Of a DNA stretch of 64,000 nt, positions 21,601 through 32,200 are shown in pieces. The notes under the pieces were generated by a model. The model worked only from the letters and a program-made list of their open reading frames with translations. It searched no databases and had not been told where the DNA came from. The translations under genes were made by a program, and so were the position numbers. The DNA lies in NCBI GenBank assembly GCA_000165345.1, contig CM000430.1:1-64000 (forward strand). Reading direction: 5' to 3'. Within the stretch, counting starts at the first letter, position 1. Every line of letters starts with the position of its first letter.

Positions 21601-23412
21601 AATACATTCTCTTAACTTTAATGATATATTAATATTTCTTAAAGTTGATTTTGTGAAAGAATCATTATATGGTTTACTATTCCAAGTAAATACACCATTT
21701 TCAATTAAAACCATTAAATTTAAAGGGAAATTATTATTTGAAAAATCTGAATTCATATTTGTATTATATATACCTGGTAAATGTGATAATTCTTCATCGT
21801 CTTCTTCATCTTCATCATCTATTCTACTATAAGATTCTCTTCCAATAAGAGAAGTTGTTTCTGATATGTTTATATGTTTTGAAACAAAAGATGATACTGA
21901 AACTATGGCAGATTCGGATATTGATGAAGATATATTTGAAGATGAAATTCCATTATTTAAATTGGAGAATTTATTATTATCATGATTATGATGATTATTA
22001 CGATTATTATGGTTATTATTAATATTATTATTATCACAATTATAATTCATTTTAATGGAATCATTAAGTCTAAAGTGATTAATACTACTATTATTATTAA
22101 TATTATTATTCTTATTGAATTTTGACCTATTATTATCACTGGAGTACTTTCTTCTTTCAATTGGATGCTTTGCAATGAAATTTTCATATCTTTGAATAGA
22201 AACAATACCTTCAATAATATTAGTTGGAAGACTTCTAATTTTGGATGAAAGTTGCATAAGTATTTGAAGGGAAGAAGCACCTGTATATGCAAAATTACTT
22301 TTACCATCAGAATAATATATTAAATAAAAAGTTGATAGCATAAATAGTATATATTGTGAATAAACTTTTAAATGATAATCAATAAAAGCAGCAATTCGAC
22401 TATATATAAATCTTCTTTTATTCCAATAAAGTTCTTCTTCTCTAGATTTGGTAACTCTAGAGATAGCAACATCTTCTAAACCAGTAAGTCTAACAAATCT
22501 CATATCACTAAGAATTTCATGACATCTATCAATTCTTTTATCTCTATTAACCATAAAAGGTTCTTTATTGAATGCACCAATAATTTCAAATAAGAAACTT
22601 AATCCAAACATAATACAAAAAGATAATATAGTCGGTAAAGCTGAAGAACTTCCAAGTACTTTTGATAATACATACCATGACATAATTAATTTGATTGGTA
22701 ATGATAATAAATCAACAAATACACCAAAAAATATTTCAATAGCAGCAGCATCACCAATTATTAAATTAAATATATTTGATGATTCATTTGCAGCGTTACT
22801 ATTAGAAAATTTTACTTCATTTTGTCTTAATAGAAGAGATTTTCTACAAGATGAAGGTTTTTTTGAAGATTCTATCATAAAAGTAGTAGATAAAGGTAAT
22901 TCTGGATACATTTCTTTATGCCTAATAACTCGATCAAGTGCAATCCATATAAGTGAACCTTCAATTCGAACACAAAGTCTAGATACAATTATTCTTGAAT
23001 GACAGTCAAAGAATGATTTGAATAATACGGTTGAAAACATATATAATGAAGAGATGATTGCATTAATAGTTGAAGAAGAGGTTGAAAAATATGATAAAAA
23101 AATGGATGATAGAATGACCAATATATCAAAACATAATCTGAGTAAAAGAGCTTCAAGTGTTGGTCTCCAGAGTGTTTTAATAAGAGGTCTATAAATACAA
23201 AATCTTTCATTTCTATATATTGATCTTTTTTCTTCATCTTCTATAGCTAAAGATAATTTACTAACCCAATAATCAAGTCTATCATTTTCAAATAATTCTG
23301 GAAGATCATTAATAGAATTAATTCTTGGTTTATTAATATTAAGAAGATATGGATTAATGAAGCCAAAAGCAGAAGAATTCCATAATTTTGTCAAATATGA
23401 CCTGAAACTCAT
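18649..23412 (-). CDS. ABC transporter, ABCC/MRP-like, array member 2
   Basis: 1587 aa. NBD1 GEPGCGKSS, LSGGQRARISLARALY, YLFDDVF. NBD2 GRSGSGKSTF, LSDSQLRYLSLARLV, LVDEPP, VAHHAASLQNC. Long Asn/His-rich insert between TMD1 and NBD1. Confidence 0.9.
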   Translation of the reverse strand: MSFRSYLTKLWNSSAFGFINPYLLNINKPRINSINDLPELFENDRLDYWVSKLSLAIEDEEKRSIYRNERFCIYRPLIKTLWRPTLEALLLRLCFDILVILSSIFLSYFSTSSSTINAIISSLYMFSTVLFKSFFDCHSRIIVSRLCVRIEGSLIWIALDRVIRHKEMYPELPLSTTFMIESSKKPSSCRKSLLLRQNEVKFSNSNAANESSNIFNLIIGDAAAIEIFFGVFVDLLSLPIKLIMSWYVLSKVLGSSSALPTILSFCIMFGLSFLFEIIGAFNKEPFMVNRDKRIDRCHEILSDMRFVRLTGLEDVAISRVTKSREEELYWNKRRFIYSRIAAFIDYHLKVYSQYILFMLSTFYLIYYSDGKSNFAYTGASSLQILMQLSSKIRSLPTNIIEGIVSIQRYENFIAKHPIERRKYSSDNNRSKFNKNNNINNNSSINHFRLNDSIKMNYNCDNNNINNNHNNRNNHHNHDNNKFSNLNNGISSSNISSSISESAIVSVSSFVSKHINISETTSLIGRESYSRIDDEDEEDDEELSHLPGIYNTNMNSDFSNNNFPLNLMVLIENGVFTWNSKPYNDSFTKSTLRNINISLKLRECIFLVGEPGCGKSSLIKAILNEIRPSASNIYVRPRETNSIISYSPQLPWIPSGSVRSAILLGREWNREKYELIVDCCQLKEDFSSWQRGDLRVVDEGGCSLSGGQRARISLARALYSLPIRYSAFSKNKFYIDSENPQQFESLLYLFDDVFVSVDPKVGFQIFNRLFGPNGLLLTVSSIVTISIDSLHHYMANIQHLYNNDKNLIDNMNSNSLSCSNEQNLSTIPKSCSNSSSPSSLSSSPIDNNSSFYEALNYNGFKFNVCVLNDGKVEWSGSYSDYLKESRNILLDQELVGDDLVPNTPYFKGIELESLNLNDDSNNTDNQFTELLNSREGEEFKDQNNNIRSRFSFSSYFWYFKLIGPKWMIVFTLGCVIKVIIDKILELLYVSRSSQIQITESYLYRFCFNATLAVLIESIISLIIYIGEAIGGIEAAKKSHEIFLNKIVYAPFWFFYINSVGKILSRFSSDMLAIDNCTIRRITAVILPLISLLFNISYVSFIVPLTLPFEVILIIFILRYIGDRLLLTYRDAQRCALLALSPLCSIFSECLSGGAIIRAFDAERVYLDKCASFVEKLQRARFLQHCACQWAGLRMQLLTAPLTLIVSIIGIISPSYKAILALPLTYTISFAENINEIIFRLISLEKDMCSVGRIYEYVHLLDEDNKAHPQTILEDSAIPDTRQGILISDLEVRYRRPDYKVNELRTSSSKIQDEAQSCSDLNKIYYPPTLKNINEFAGPNDHIGIVGRSGSGKSTFIMALFGFIPATKGNIYLDGVPMNQMPSSTKRKIVGVLPQVPLILKGWTVRDFLDPEGQRSSEDLWEALRICCLSGTIRSLPGGKMLDTVLVPDANITTSTTVENNKKKKNNLNSDDCHDSITSLVARYLSDSQLRYLSLARLVVNARDYRLILVDEPPPDTFEDQTSARSYVPVHELLRTYFPHCTVFVVAHHAASLQNCNSIWVLGNGTIETVIHPKGIVSQKYLAGLLKNN

Positions 23413-23644
23413 TATATTATATTTCTATGAGGAGTTGAGATTTCTGCCTCAATAGAATATTTTGTAATTTTGGATTCCAAATATTATTATTTATAATTTA
23501 TCACTTTTTCTGTCAATCCTTACCTATTCAGAATAATAAATTATTATTATCAGACATTGACACGGGACGCCATCCATTTTAAATAATTCAACGATATATA
23601 TATTATTTGCCTTAAAATAATAATATATATGGCCAAGCCTAATG

Positions 23645-23660
23645 TTGGCGCGCGCGCCAA
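23645..23660. promoter_or_regulatory. Perfect 16-bp GC palindrome TTGGCGCGCGCGCCAA (overlapping E2F-like cores) in ABC2 upstream region
   Basis: Read directly. An isolated GC island in an AT-rich spacer, about 240 bp upstream of the ABC2 ATG. The palindrome TGCATGCATGCA lies nearby at about 24098-24109. Confidence 0.5.
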
Positions 23661-24194
23661 TTAGGGTATCGGAGTTATATATATATATATATAAATAATC
23701 AATTTAATTAACTTTGAAGGAGTGAAGAAGAACTTTTTTTTAAATCTAGTTAAATTGAAGGATTTTGTCATGCAAAAATGGTGAGAAAAAAAAATCATCA
23801 TCTAAAAAAAGAAATTTTGGGTTGTATATATATTTATATAATATTAAGTTCAAGAATAAGATTAAATAATATAATGATTGAAAGAAAAATATGGAAAGTA
23901 ATATGTAGAAAATAAATCAACAAAAAAATGAGCTTTGAAACTAATAATTATTGTTATTATTACTGAATAATAGATATCAGAATTTTTTAAAAAATTAACA
24001 AATGTTTTTAAATGGTTTACAATAATTTAAAAAATTAATAGAATGATTAAATAATTAAAGGGAATAAGAAATTGAAAAAAAATTTGCATGTATTTGCATG
24101 CATGCAAATATAAATGAAATTACGTATTGAAATAATAATTTAAAAAAAAAAAAAAAGTTAAGTTATTGAGAATCATACTAATATTTTATATTGA

Positions 24195-27100
24195 TTATTT
24201 TAAATCACTTAGTTCATTCCAAATATAATTATTAGGCAATTCTCCAAATTGTTTATATATAACTTTATGAAGCTGGTTATTTTTAATAATCCAAAAAATG
24301 TCACAATTATCGAAAATACCAATATCATGAGTAATAATTAAAGAAGGACAATGTTTGAAGGTGGAATTAATGATATTATGAATAGATGGAGTTTCAAATG
24401 TTTTATTATTATATGAAAAAGTAACATTATATGGAGGTTCATCAATAAGTAATAATTGATATTTTAATGGTGATATGATAAATTGAATAAAAGATAGGTA
24501 CCTAATTTGAGAATTTGATAATATTATTGTATTATGTATGGATTGATTTCTTTGGAAATTATGATCAAAATTATATTCATTAGAATCTTGTGAAATTATA
24601 ATAGTTTCTAACTTTAAAGGAAGTAAGAGAATGAAATCCAATAATTTAATCTTATTTAAAGCTTCTAGTATAAGATGATCAGAATATTGAGAAAAAGGGT
24701 CTAATAAAGATCTAATTGTATAACCATCCATAAAAAGATTTTCTTGAGGAAGTAATGCAATAAGTTGATTTTTATTCTTAATATTATTAATTTTAACATT
24801 ATTAAGTAAAATAGTTCCATTTGTTTGTAAATGTAAACCCATAATTGAATTAATAAGAGATGATTTACCTGATCCAGTTCTTCCAATAATACCAATTATA
24901 TTTCCTGGATATGCTTTTAAAATACCATTAATTAATAATAAAGTTTCAAATTTTAAGTTATCAATAGATTCTTTATTAAATTCTCTTGAAATAGAGAAAT
25001 AATTCAAAGTAGAAATTTGTAAATCTTTGATAAATAAACCTTGTTGATTATAAGAATCTTGTAGACTATGATTTTCTGGAAAAATAGGTACAATATTAAC
25101 AAGAGTACTAAAATGATTCATATGTTCGATATCATTTGAATTAAATTGAGGAGGTATTTGTTCTTGATTATTGTTATATTCTTCAATATAAGAATTTTGC
25201 TCATTTTTTTGTATATATTCATTCAATAATGTAAAAGTTTCAATGTAATTTTTAATCCTTTCAACTGAACACATTTCTTTCTCTAATTGTACGAATTTAT
25301 ATATTAAAGAAGAAATAGATTCTGCAATAGAAAGGAAATAATATATACAGATAAATGCTGAACTTGATTGACTTTGAAATCCTAACTGAATTAATATAAT
25401 ATTTAATATAATCCCAACAGGAGTCATTGCAATATTCATCCAAAACCCTGCCCATTGAGTTGAAGCAAGCTGTATATATCTAACCTTAATATATAAATCA
25501 ATATTTTCACTAGCTTGACTTCTAAGCATTTCTTGTTTTCTAAGCATTGCAATTGTTAAACCTCCAAGCTGTGTTCCAGAAAATATTCCACATATTGAGG
25601 AAAAAAGAGATATTGAAAACCTCTGATATTCCCTATAAGATGAAATAAATTTAAGGCATATCGGCTTTATAATAAGCATTATCCATATAAGAAAAAATGG
25701 TGTAAAATAAGGAAATGTATATACAATAAATATTGTCTGACCTATGATTGTCAATACTGGTGCTAAACTGGAAATAATTGACTTCACAATACATGTATCT
25801 ATAATCAACATATCACCCCCAATCCTATTCAATATAATATGTATTGGTATTATATTTGGTATTTTTATTAATAAAGAATCGAATATACTTTTATAAATTT
25901 CATTGGCGCCAAAAGTGCATGCAATAGCCTCTAAAATAAAGACCAGCCCGCCAAAAGTCAAACTGAGACCAGTAGAAAGAGAATATAATAGAAGAAATCT
26001 TTTAAGGGTGTGTGCATGCGTTGAATTTCCAGTAAAAAGCAATTCACTAAGTCTTTCAAGTGCTGATTTGGAAAGTAATATAAACATGATAATAATAATG
26101 ATTGGCCTTCCAACTTTAGAGAGATACCAATTATAGCTATTTAGGGAAATATGTCCTTTATTAACAACTTTTTCTTTAAATGAATTAATAATAGAGGAAT
26201 TATTATTAGAAATAAGTTTGTCAGATTCTGTGTTTTGGCGGGAAATTTCTGGATAATGATTAAAATTCATTGTATAAGAATTATTTTGAACATTATAGAT
26301 TGGATCAGAGTGTGTATGATTAGGGTTTTTTGGGGAGAAGATCATATGATGATGGTCATTATTAACAAGAGTATCAATACGAGTATCTGTAAAAATAGAT
26401 TCAAAATCATTAATGAGAACTTGTTGAGGGATTTTGAAAGAATTTGGTGAATAATTAAAATGATCAATGCATAAATAATGAAAGGAGTTGTATAGATTCA
26501 ATGAGGGTTTAGAATCTAGAGTAGAGGAGTATTTAAGGAAGTTGGAGAGTGATCTTTGGTCAATTGTGATGATTACTGAAGAATTTGAGAGAATTCCATT
26601 GCTATTAAAGAGATTGTAAAAGAGTTTATTAGCAACAAAATGGTCCAAATTGGAGAATATATCATCAAAAATAAACAAAGGACAATATTCTGATTTAGAA
26701 TTGGAGTCCATATTAGAGAAAAAGAAGTAAAGAGTTCTTGCAATACATATTCTGGTTTTTTGTCCTTTACTTAAAATACTCCCTCCTTCGTCAATTTGCT
26801 TTAAATCTCCCTCTTTCCATTGTTGAAAGTCTGTTACTAAGTTGCAGCATTCAATAATTCTCATATAGCGATCTTCTATATACTCTGATCCAAATAATAT
26901 TATTGATCTTACAGTACCAGAAGGTATCCATGGTATTTGTGAAACATATCCTATTGGTAGATTATTTAAAAGATAATAGTTATAGTAAAAATGCCCATAT
27001 TCATGTTCATTCATATTATTCAGAAGAAGATTTTCATTTAATAGTATTTTTTGAATGAATGTAGTTTTTCCAGATCCTGATTCTCCAATCACAAAAACCT

Positions 27101-28625
27101 TTTCTCCTTTTTTAATTTGCACTGATAAATCCTTGAAATGATCATCAGTAATAACTGATCTCAAGTCTACCTCATCTGCTAACAGTTTTGTATTCTCGTT
27201 TTTATCCTCATAGCTTTTGTCTTGCTCATTTTTGTCATTATTAGCTATGAATTCATTCGATACCTTGTTTAGTTCAATAAATCTCGATCCTTTAAAATCA
27301 AGAATAACGTCCTTGTCACACTCTTTTTTATTCTTCAAGTTCTTAAATTCAGCTTTAAACCACTTTTCATCAATCTCAGTGTTCTTTAAAAACTCTTGAA
27401 ATCTTCTAAAGGAAATAAATCCCTCTATCATATTAGAAGGAAGCCCTCTAATGGAAGAAACTGTGAAAAATATGTTTAATACTGTAACTCCTGTTGGGCC
27501 AAGACTCTTTAAAGATTTATTCTCAAATTTTGAATAATCATTTATCACTTTTGATATATAAGATACAAAAAGAACCAATTGAGAAATTGCTTGTACATGA
27601 TAATCTAAAAAGGTACCGATCTGAATTAGTATTAATCTTAATCTATTATAAAATGTCTCCATTCTTCTAATCTCAAAGATCTGATTCTTAATCTTAGTTT
27701 CTTGTCCAAGCAACCATATTTGAGTAATCTGTCTAAGCATTTCATGAGTTTTTGAAATTCTTATATCACGATACCTCATAAAAGGAGCTTTAAATAACGA
27801 ACCAATAATCTGAAGAAAAAAACCCAATGAGAAAACTATTAAAAATGTTAATACAGCACTTGTTGCCACTGATCCTACATGTTCTTTTAATAAAATCCAA
27901 GTTAAAAGAAATCTTATTGGAAATATTAATAAATCTAAAGTTGATGTTATTAAATTTGGAAAACTTGAACAATCTGCCAAAACTATATTCATTATATTCG
28001 AAGAACTTGCATTCTTTAATCTCTCAGTATCCTTTAAACCTTTCTCATTTTTTATCCTCCACTTCTCACTATTATATGAATAAAACAATCTTGAATAAGA
28101 TAACCTCAATAGAAAAGCTTCAATACTAAAAGCTAATTTCCCACTATGAAATCTATTTTGAGATTCAAATATAAGGCGGGCCAAATATATCATTATTGCT
28201 TTCACTCCAAAACTTGCATTCTCTCTAGGAGTCTCAGATTTCATAAAACTGGTTAAATAACTTGAAAATATAAATGATACAAAAACATTTCCTATCTTTA
28301 ATAAAGTTACTCCTAAAATTGCTTGCCATTTTGCTTCAATAATTCTCCTTAACAGATTTTCTGAGTTTATCACGCCATTATTCAATAAACTCTCAGTATT
28401 AATATATGATTCATTTACATACTCATCCAGATATTCACCTTCTAATTCTAAAATTGTCTTCTTTTTAAAAAGTATCCTTTCACAAAAATATGGAGTTACC
28501 CAAAAGAATGAAATCTTTTGAAATATTTTTTTTGTTTTCTTAAAAAATCCATTATTGCAATACTTTGCCTCTTCTAAACATGAAGATTCTTTCATATTTA
28601 ACTGTGTGAGTATTATATTCTTCAT
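24195..28625 (-). CDS. ABC transporter, ABCC/MRP-like, array member 3 (most divergent paralogue)
   Basis: 1476 aa. NBD1 GESGSGKTTF, variant signature LSKGQKTRICIARTLY, IFDDIF. NBD2 GRTGSGKSSL, LSNSQIRYLSF, LIDEPP, H-loop ITHD. Asn-rich inserts. Confidence 0.88.
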   Translation of the reverse strand: MKNIILTQLNMKESSCLEEAKYCNNGFFKKTKKIFQKISFFWVTPYFCERILFKKKTILELEGEYLDEYVNESYINTESLLNNGVINSENLLRRIIEAKWQAILGVTLLKIGNVFVSFIFSSYLTSFMKSETPRENASFGVKAIMIYLARLIFESQNRFHSGKLAFSIEAFLLRLSYSRLFYSYNSEKWRIKNEKGLKDTERLKNASSSNIMNIVLADCSSFPNLITSTLDLLIFPIRFLLTWILLKEHVGSVATSAVLTFLIVFSLGFFLQIIGSLFKAPFMRYRDIRISKTHEMLRQITQIWLLGQETKIKNQIFEIRRMETFYNRLRLILIQIGTFLDYHVQAISQLVLFVSYISKVINDYSKFENKSLKSLGPTGVTVLNIFFTVSSIRGLPSNMIEGFISFRRFQEFLKNTEIDEKWFKAEFKNLKNKKECDKDVILDFKGSRFIELNKVSNEFIANNDKNEQDKSYEDKNENTKLLADEVDLRSVITDDHFKDLSVQIKKGEKVFVIGESGSGKTTFIQKILLNENLLLNNMNEHEYGHFYYNYYLLNNLPIGYVSQIPWIPSGTVRSIILFGSEYIEDRYMRIIECCNLVTDFQQWKEGDLKQIDEGGSILSKGQKTRICIARTLYFFFSNMDSNSKSEYCPLFIFDDIFSNLDHFVANKLFYNLFNSNGILSNSSVIITIDQRSLSNFLKYSSTLDSKPSLNLYNSFHYLCIDHFNYSPNSFKIPQQVLINDFESIFTDTRIDTLVNNDHHHMIFSPKNPNHTHSDPIYNVQNNSYTMNFNHYPEISRQNTESDKLISNNNSSIINSFKEKVVNKGHISLNSYNWYLSKVGRPIIIIIMFILLSKSALERLSELLFTGNSTHAHTLKRFLLLYSLSTGLSLTFGGLVFILEAIACTFGANEIYKSIFDSLLIKIPNIIPIHIILNRIGGDMLIIDTCIVKSIISSLAPVLTIIGQTIFIVYTFPYFTPFFLIWIMLIIKPICLKFISSYREYQRFSISLFSSICGIFSGTQLGGLTIAMLRKQEMLRSQASENIDLYIKVRYIQLASTQWAGFWMNIAMTPVGIILNIILIQLGFQSQSSSAFICIYYFLSIAESISSLIYKFVQLEKEMCSVERIKNYIETFTLLNEYIQKNEQNSYIEEYNNNQEQIPPQFNSNDIEHMNHFSTLVNIVPIFPENHSLQDSYNQQGLFIKDLQISTLNYFSISREFNKESIDNLKFETLLLINGILKAYPGNIIGIIGRTGSGKSSLINSIMGLHLQTNGTILLNNVKINNIKNKNQLIALLPQENLFMDGYTIRSLLDPFSQYSDHLILEALNKIKLLDFILLLPLKLETIIISQDSNEYNFDHNFQRNQSIHNTIILSNSQIRYLSFIQFIISPLKYQLLLIDEPPYNVTFSYNNKTFETPSIHNIINSTFKHCPSLIITHDIGIFDNCDIFWIIKNNQLHKVIYKQFGELPNNYIWNELSDLK

Positions 28626-29208
28626 TAAACTAAATAAACAAATTCCACATTATAGAAAGAATAAAACTTTTAAACATCTATCAAGACGTTCTGATAAATT
28701 GTTCAATAATTGAGCTTTTATTTCCACCCCAAATCTTGCAAATCCTCTAGATTCTCTTTTTCGCAAATAATAGATGCAAATTTATGCTTTTCTGCTATTA
28801 CATAGATAAGAAAAATTCCTGTGTATAGTATCGATTTTCTATTTGTATCAAACAACCTTATATTACTTAGTTCATACGCAATTTTAACTTTTTTCCGCTT
28901 TTTTTTTCTTTTGGATTTTTTTTTCTTTTTTTTTACGTTAATCTTTGACTATAACTCTGCAGAAAAGGCGCCAAACTTCGGTACCCTCTCTTTAAAAATG
29001 CTAGTATCGGGGGGAAAAACAAAAAAAAAAAAAAAAGAAATTTAGTGTGAAAATATAATTATAAAACCAACTATATATAGGACAAGAATGGAGACTTGTC
29101 TATCTCAATATTTTCTCATATATTAACAATAAGGATCAATATATTCAATAACAGTAATATATTAAATCAGTACTATCATATTAGTTTCGATTAAGCAAAT
29201 CTTCAATA

Positions 29209-32200
29209 TCATTTTTGTTTAGTATTTTTGCTTGCTTCAAACTCCACACATTCAGTTTCTGCAGTTTGAAAAAGCTGTAACATTTGATCCTGAGAAAAAT
29301 TTGAATTCAAATCAGTCTCGAATAATATCCGTCCTTTCCCCAGTACCCATACTTTTTTACAATTTTGTAAAGACGCTGCATGATGAGCAACTACAAAAAC
29401 TGTACAATGAGGGAAATATTGTCTTAATAATTGATGTATAGGTACATAATCAATAGTATCTTCTTGAAATACATCAGGTGGAGGCTCATCAACTAGAATT
29501 AATCTGTAGCTCTTTGCATTTAAAACTAATCTTGCTAATGATAAATATCTTAATTGAGAATCTGATAAATATCTCTCATCGTCTGGAGTCTCAGAATGAC
29601 TTGAATTTATACAGTTAGTCATCTTTGATTTTTGTTCTGTCTTGATTGAATTCTCTGAAATATTATTACTATTATATGTAGCTCCTGAACTATTATCTGG
29701 TACTATTACAGCATCAAGCATCTTCCCACCTGGTAACGACCTAATTAAACTTGATAAACCACATAAATTAAGAGCATCCCAAATATCATCCTTTGAGAAT
29801 TTTTGGTATGGATCTAAAAAGTTGCGAACTGTCCAACCTTTCAGAATTAAGGGTACCTGTGGAAGAATACCTATCAATTTATTTCTATCTTCATTACTCA
29901 TTTGATCAATTGGAATATTATCTAAAAATACTCTGCCATTAGTTATTGGAACTAAACCTAAAATTGCCTGTAAAAATGTTGATTTACCACTACCTGTTCT
30001 GCCTATTACTCCAATATGTTCGTTTGGACCAGTGCAAGCATTCATCTTATTAATTGCTGGAGGGAAGTAAATTTCATCAGGATTATCTGCTGGATTACTA
30101 TTTGGACGTCTATATCTAACCTCTAAATCAATGATCTTTACACCACTTTTTATATTTTCTATATTCTTCTCTTGTTTTTCTATATCTTCAACCTTACATG
30201 GAGAAGAAAATGGTAAATTATAAATCTTCTCCTTATTCAAAATCTCATAATATTGATGTAACCTCTCCACAGAAATCATCTCTTTCTCCATATTTACATA
30301 TGATGTTATTGTCATACCAATATTTGAAGCAATTGATTCTGAGTAATATAATGCTATACCAACAATACCAGCCCCTGGACCTGATCCTAATCTTGTATTC
30401 ATATCGGATGTCTGACCTTCTAATAAAGTATCTGATGGACTAGAAAAGAAATCAGAAATTAAAGCGGTGAAAAAGTTTGAAGACATTGCTGTTAATGGAA
30501 AAGTTAAAAGTTGAGTTCTTAAAGAAGACCATTCTTTTGAACATAGTTGCATAAATTTAGCTCTTTGAACCATATCAATAATCTCGGTACCCTGTAACAT
30601 ATAATGATCTTGAGCACGAAAGGCTCTAATTATTGGCCCTCCACTCATTGCTTCAGAGAATACTCCACATAATGGTGAATATAATACAAGACACATTCTT
30701 TGAAGTTCACGGGAAGATCTTGAAAAATATCTTGCAACTGCATAATAAATACCCAATCCAATCATTGGAAAAAGAAATACTACTGAAGGTTCTGCTGATA
30801 CTACTACAATACATTGAAATAAAACATTCATTGCTCCAACTAAAACCGTAGCAATCTTCATTATTGGGATATTATCTACCATAAGTAGATCTGTACTGAA
30901 TCTACTAAGAACTCTACCAACAGGGTTAGAATCAAAAAAGTTTAATGGAGCATTTAAAACATCAACCAATAAATTATCATGAATTTCTATGGCTGCTTTA
31001 ATACCACAAATTGCTTCTCCAATAAAAACCATTGAGCTCACAGCTAATTGTATTAGTGCTAAAATAATATAAATTAATGCAAATTTTTTACCCTCAAAGA
31101 TGGATTTGTCAACATCAGTAAGAGGAGCTCTTGAAGTATATGAACCCATATAATAATCTGTACCTTTATCAAACATAGTTTTTGAATAACATAATATAAA
31201 TAATGCTATAGTCCAACTCCATTTAAGCTTTGAAAAGTACCAATAATAAGTCTTCTTTGAAACCATACCAGTAACTCTCCCCTCTTTTTCCATAACCTTT
31301 CTTAAAGTCTCACATTTAGTTGAAGGATTCGTAGATAGATACATTGTATTATTATTCGTTGTAGTGTCATATTTATTGTTATTATTATAAGAAAAATCAT
31401 CATCGTTACTAAATTCCTCAGAATGAGGTCCATTATCTTTATTAGTAATATCCAAATTTATACATCTCCAATCTGAAAGATAAGATTGGTACATTCCAAA
31501 GAATTGAGGAGAGCCATCATCTAGAACAAGAATTTTTGGATTAAAATCCTTGAGCAGTTTACTAGTACTCATTAAGAATGATAGAATTGTATGATCAATA
31601 GATAATATTGTAGCAACTTTTCTTAATAATCCATTTTTACCAAATAATTTTTTAAATATTGTTTTACTAACTCCAGGATCCAAGCTTACAAAAATATCAT
31701 CGAGTAGATATAAAATAGAATCTTGAGAAGAAGGTAAACAGGAGATTGATAGATTACTATTATTGTAAGATGAGCTTTCAGATTCTATTATAGGTTCTGA
31801 TAAAGGAGAAGATTCTTGATTATAAAATAAGTAATCAGGAAGAGAATATAAAGCTCTAGCTAAACAAATCCTAGCTCTTTGTCCTCCACTTAATGAACAA
31901 CCTCCTTCATCAACAATTCTTAAGTCTCCATCTTGCCAGGATTTGAAATCTTGATTAAGCTGACAACAATCTAATATAACATCATATTTAAGCTGATTAA
32001 GAGGTCTACCAAATAGAATGATATTTTTGATACTTCCGTTAGGAATCCAAGGTATCTGAGATGCATAAGCTATAGGACTTTTAGTTTCTCTTGGTTGAAC
32101 ATAAGTTAATCCAGTTTCTTGAACAATTTCATCTAATACAGCATTCATTAAAGAAGTTTTTCCACTTCCTGGTGATCCAACAACAATAATAGTTTCCCCA

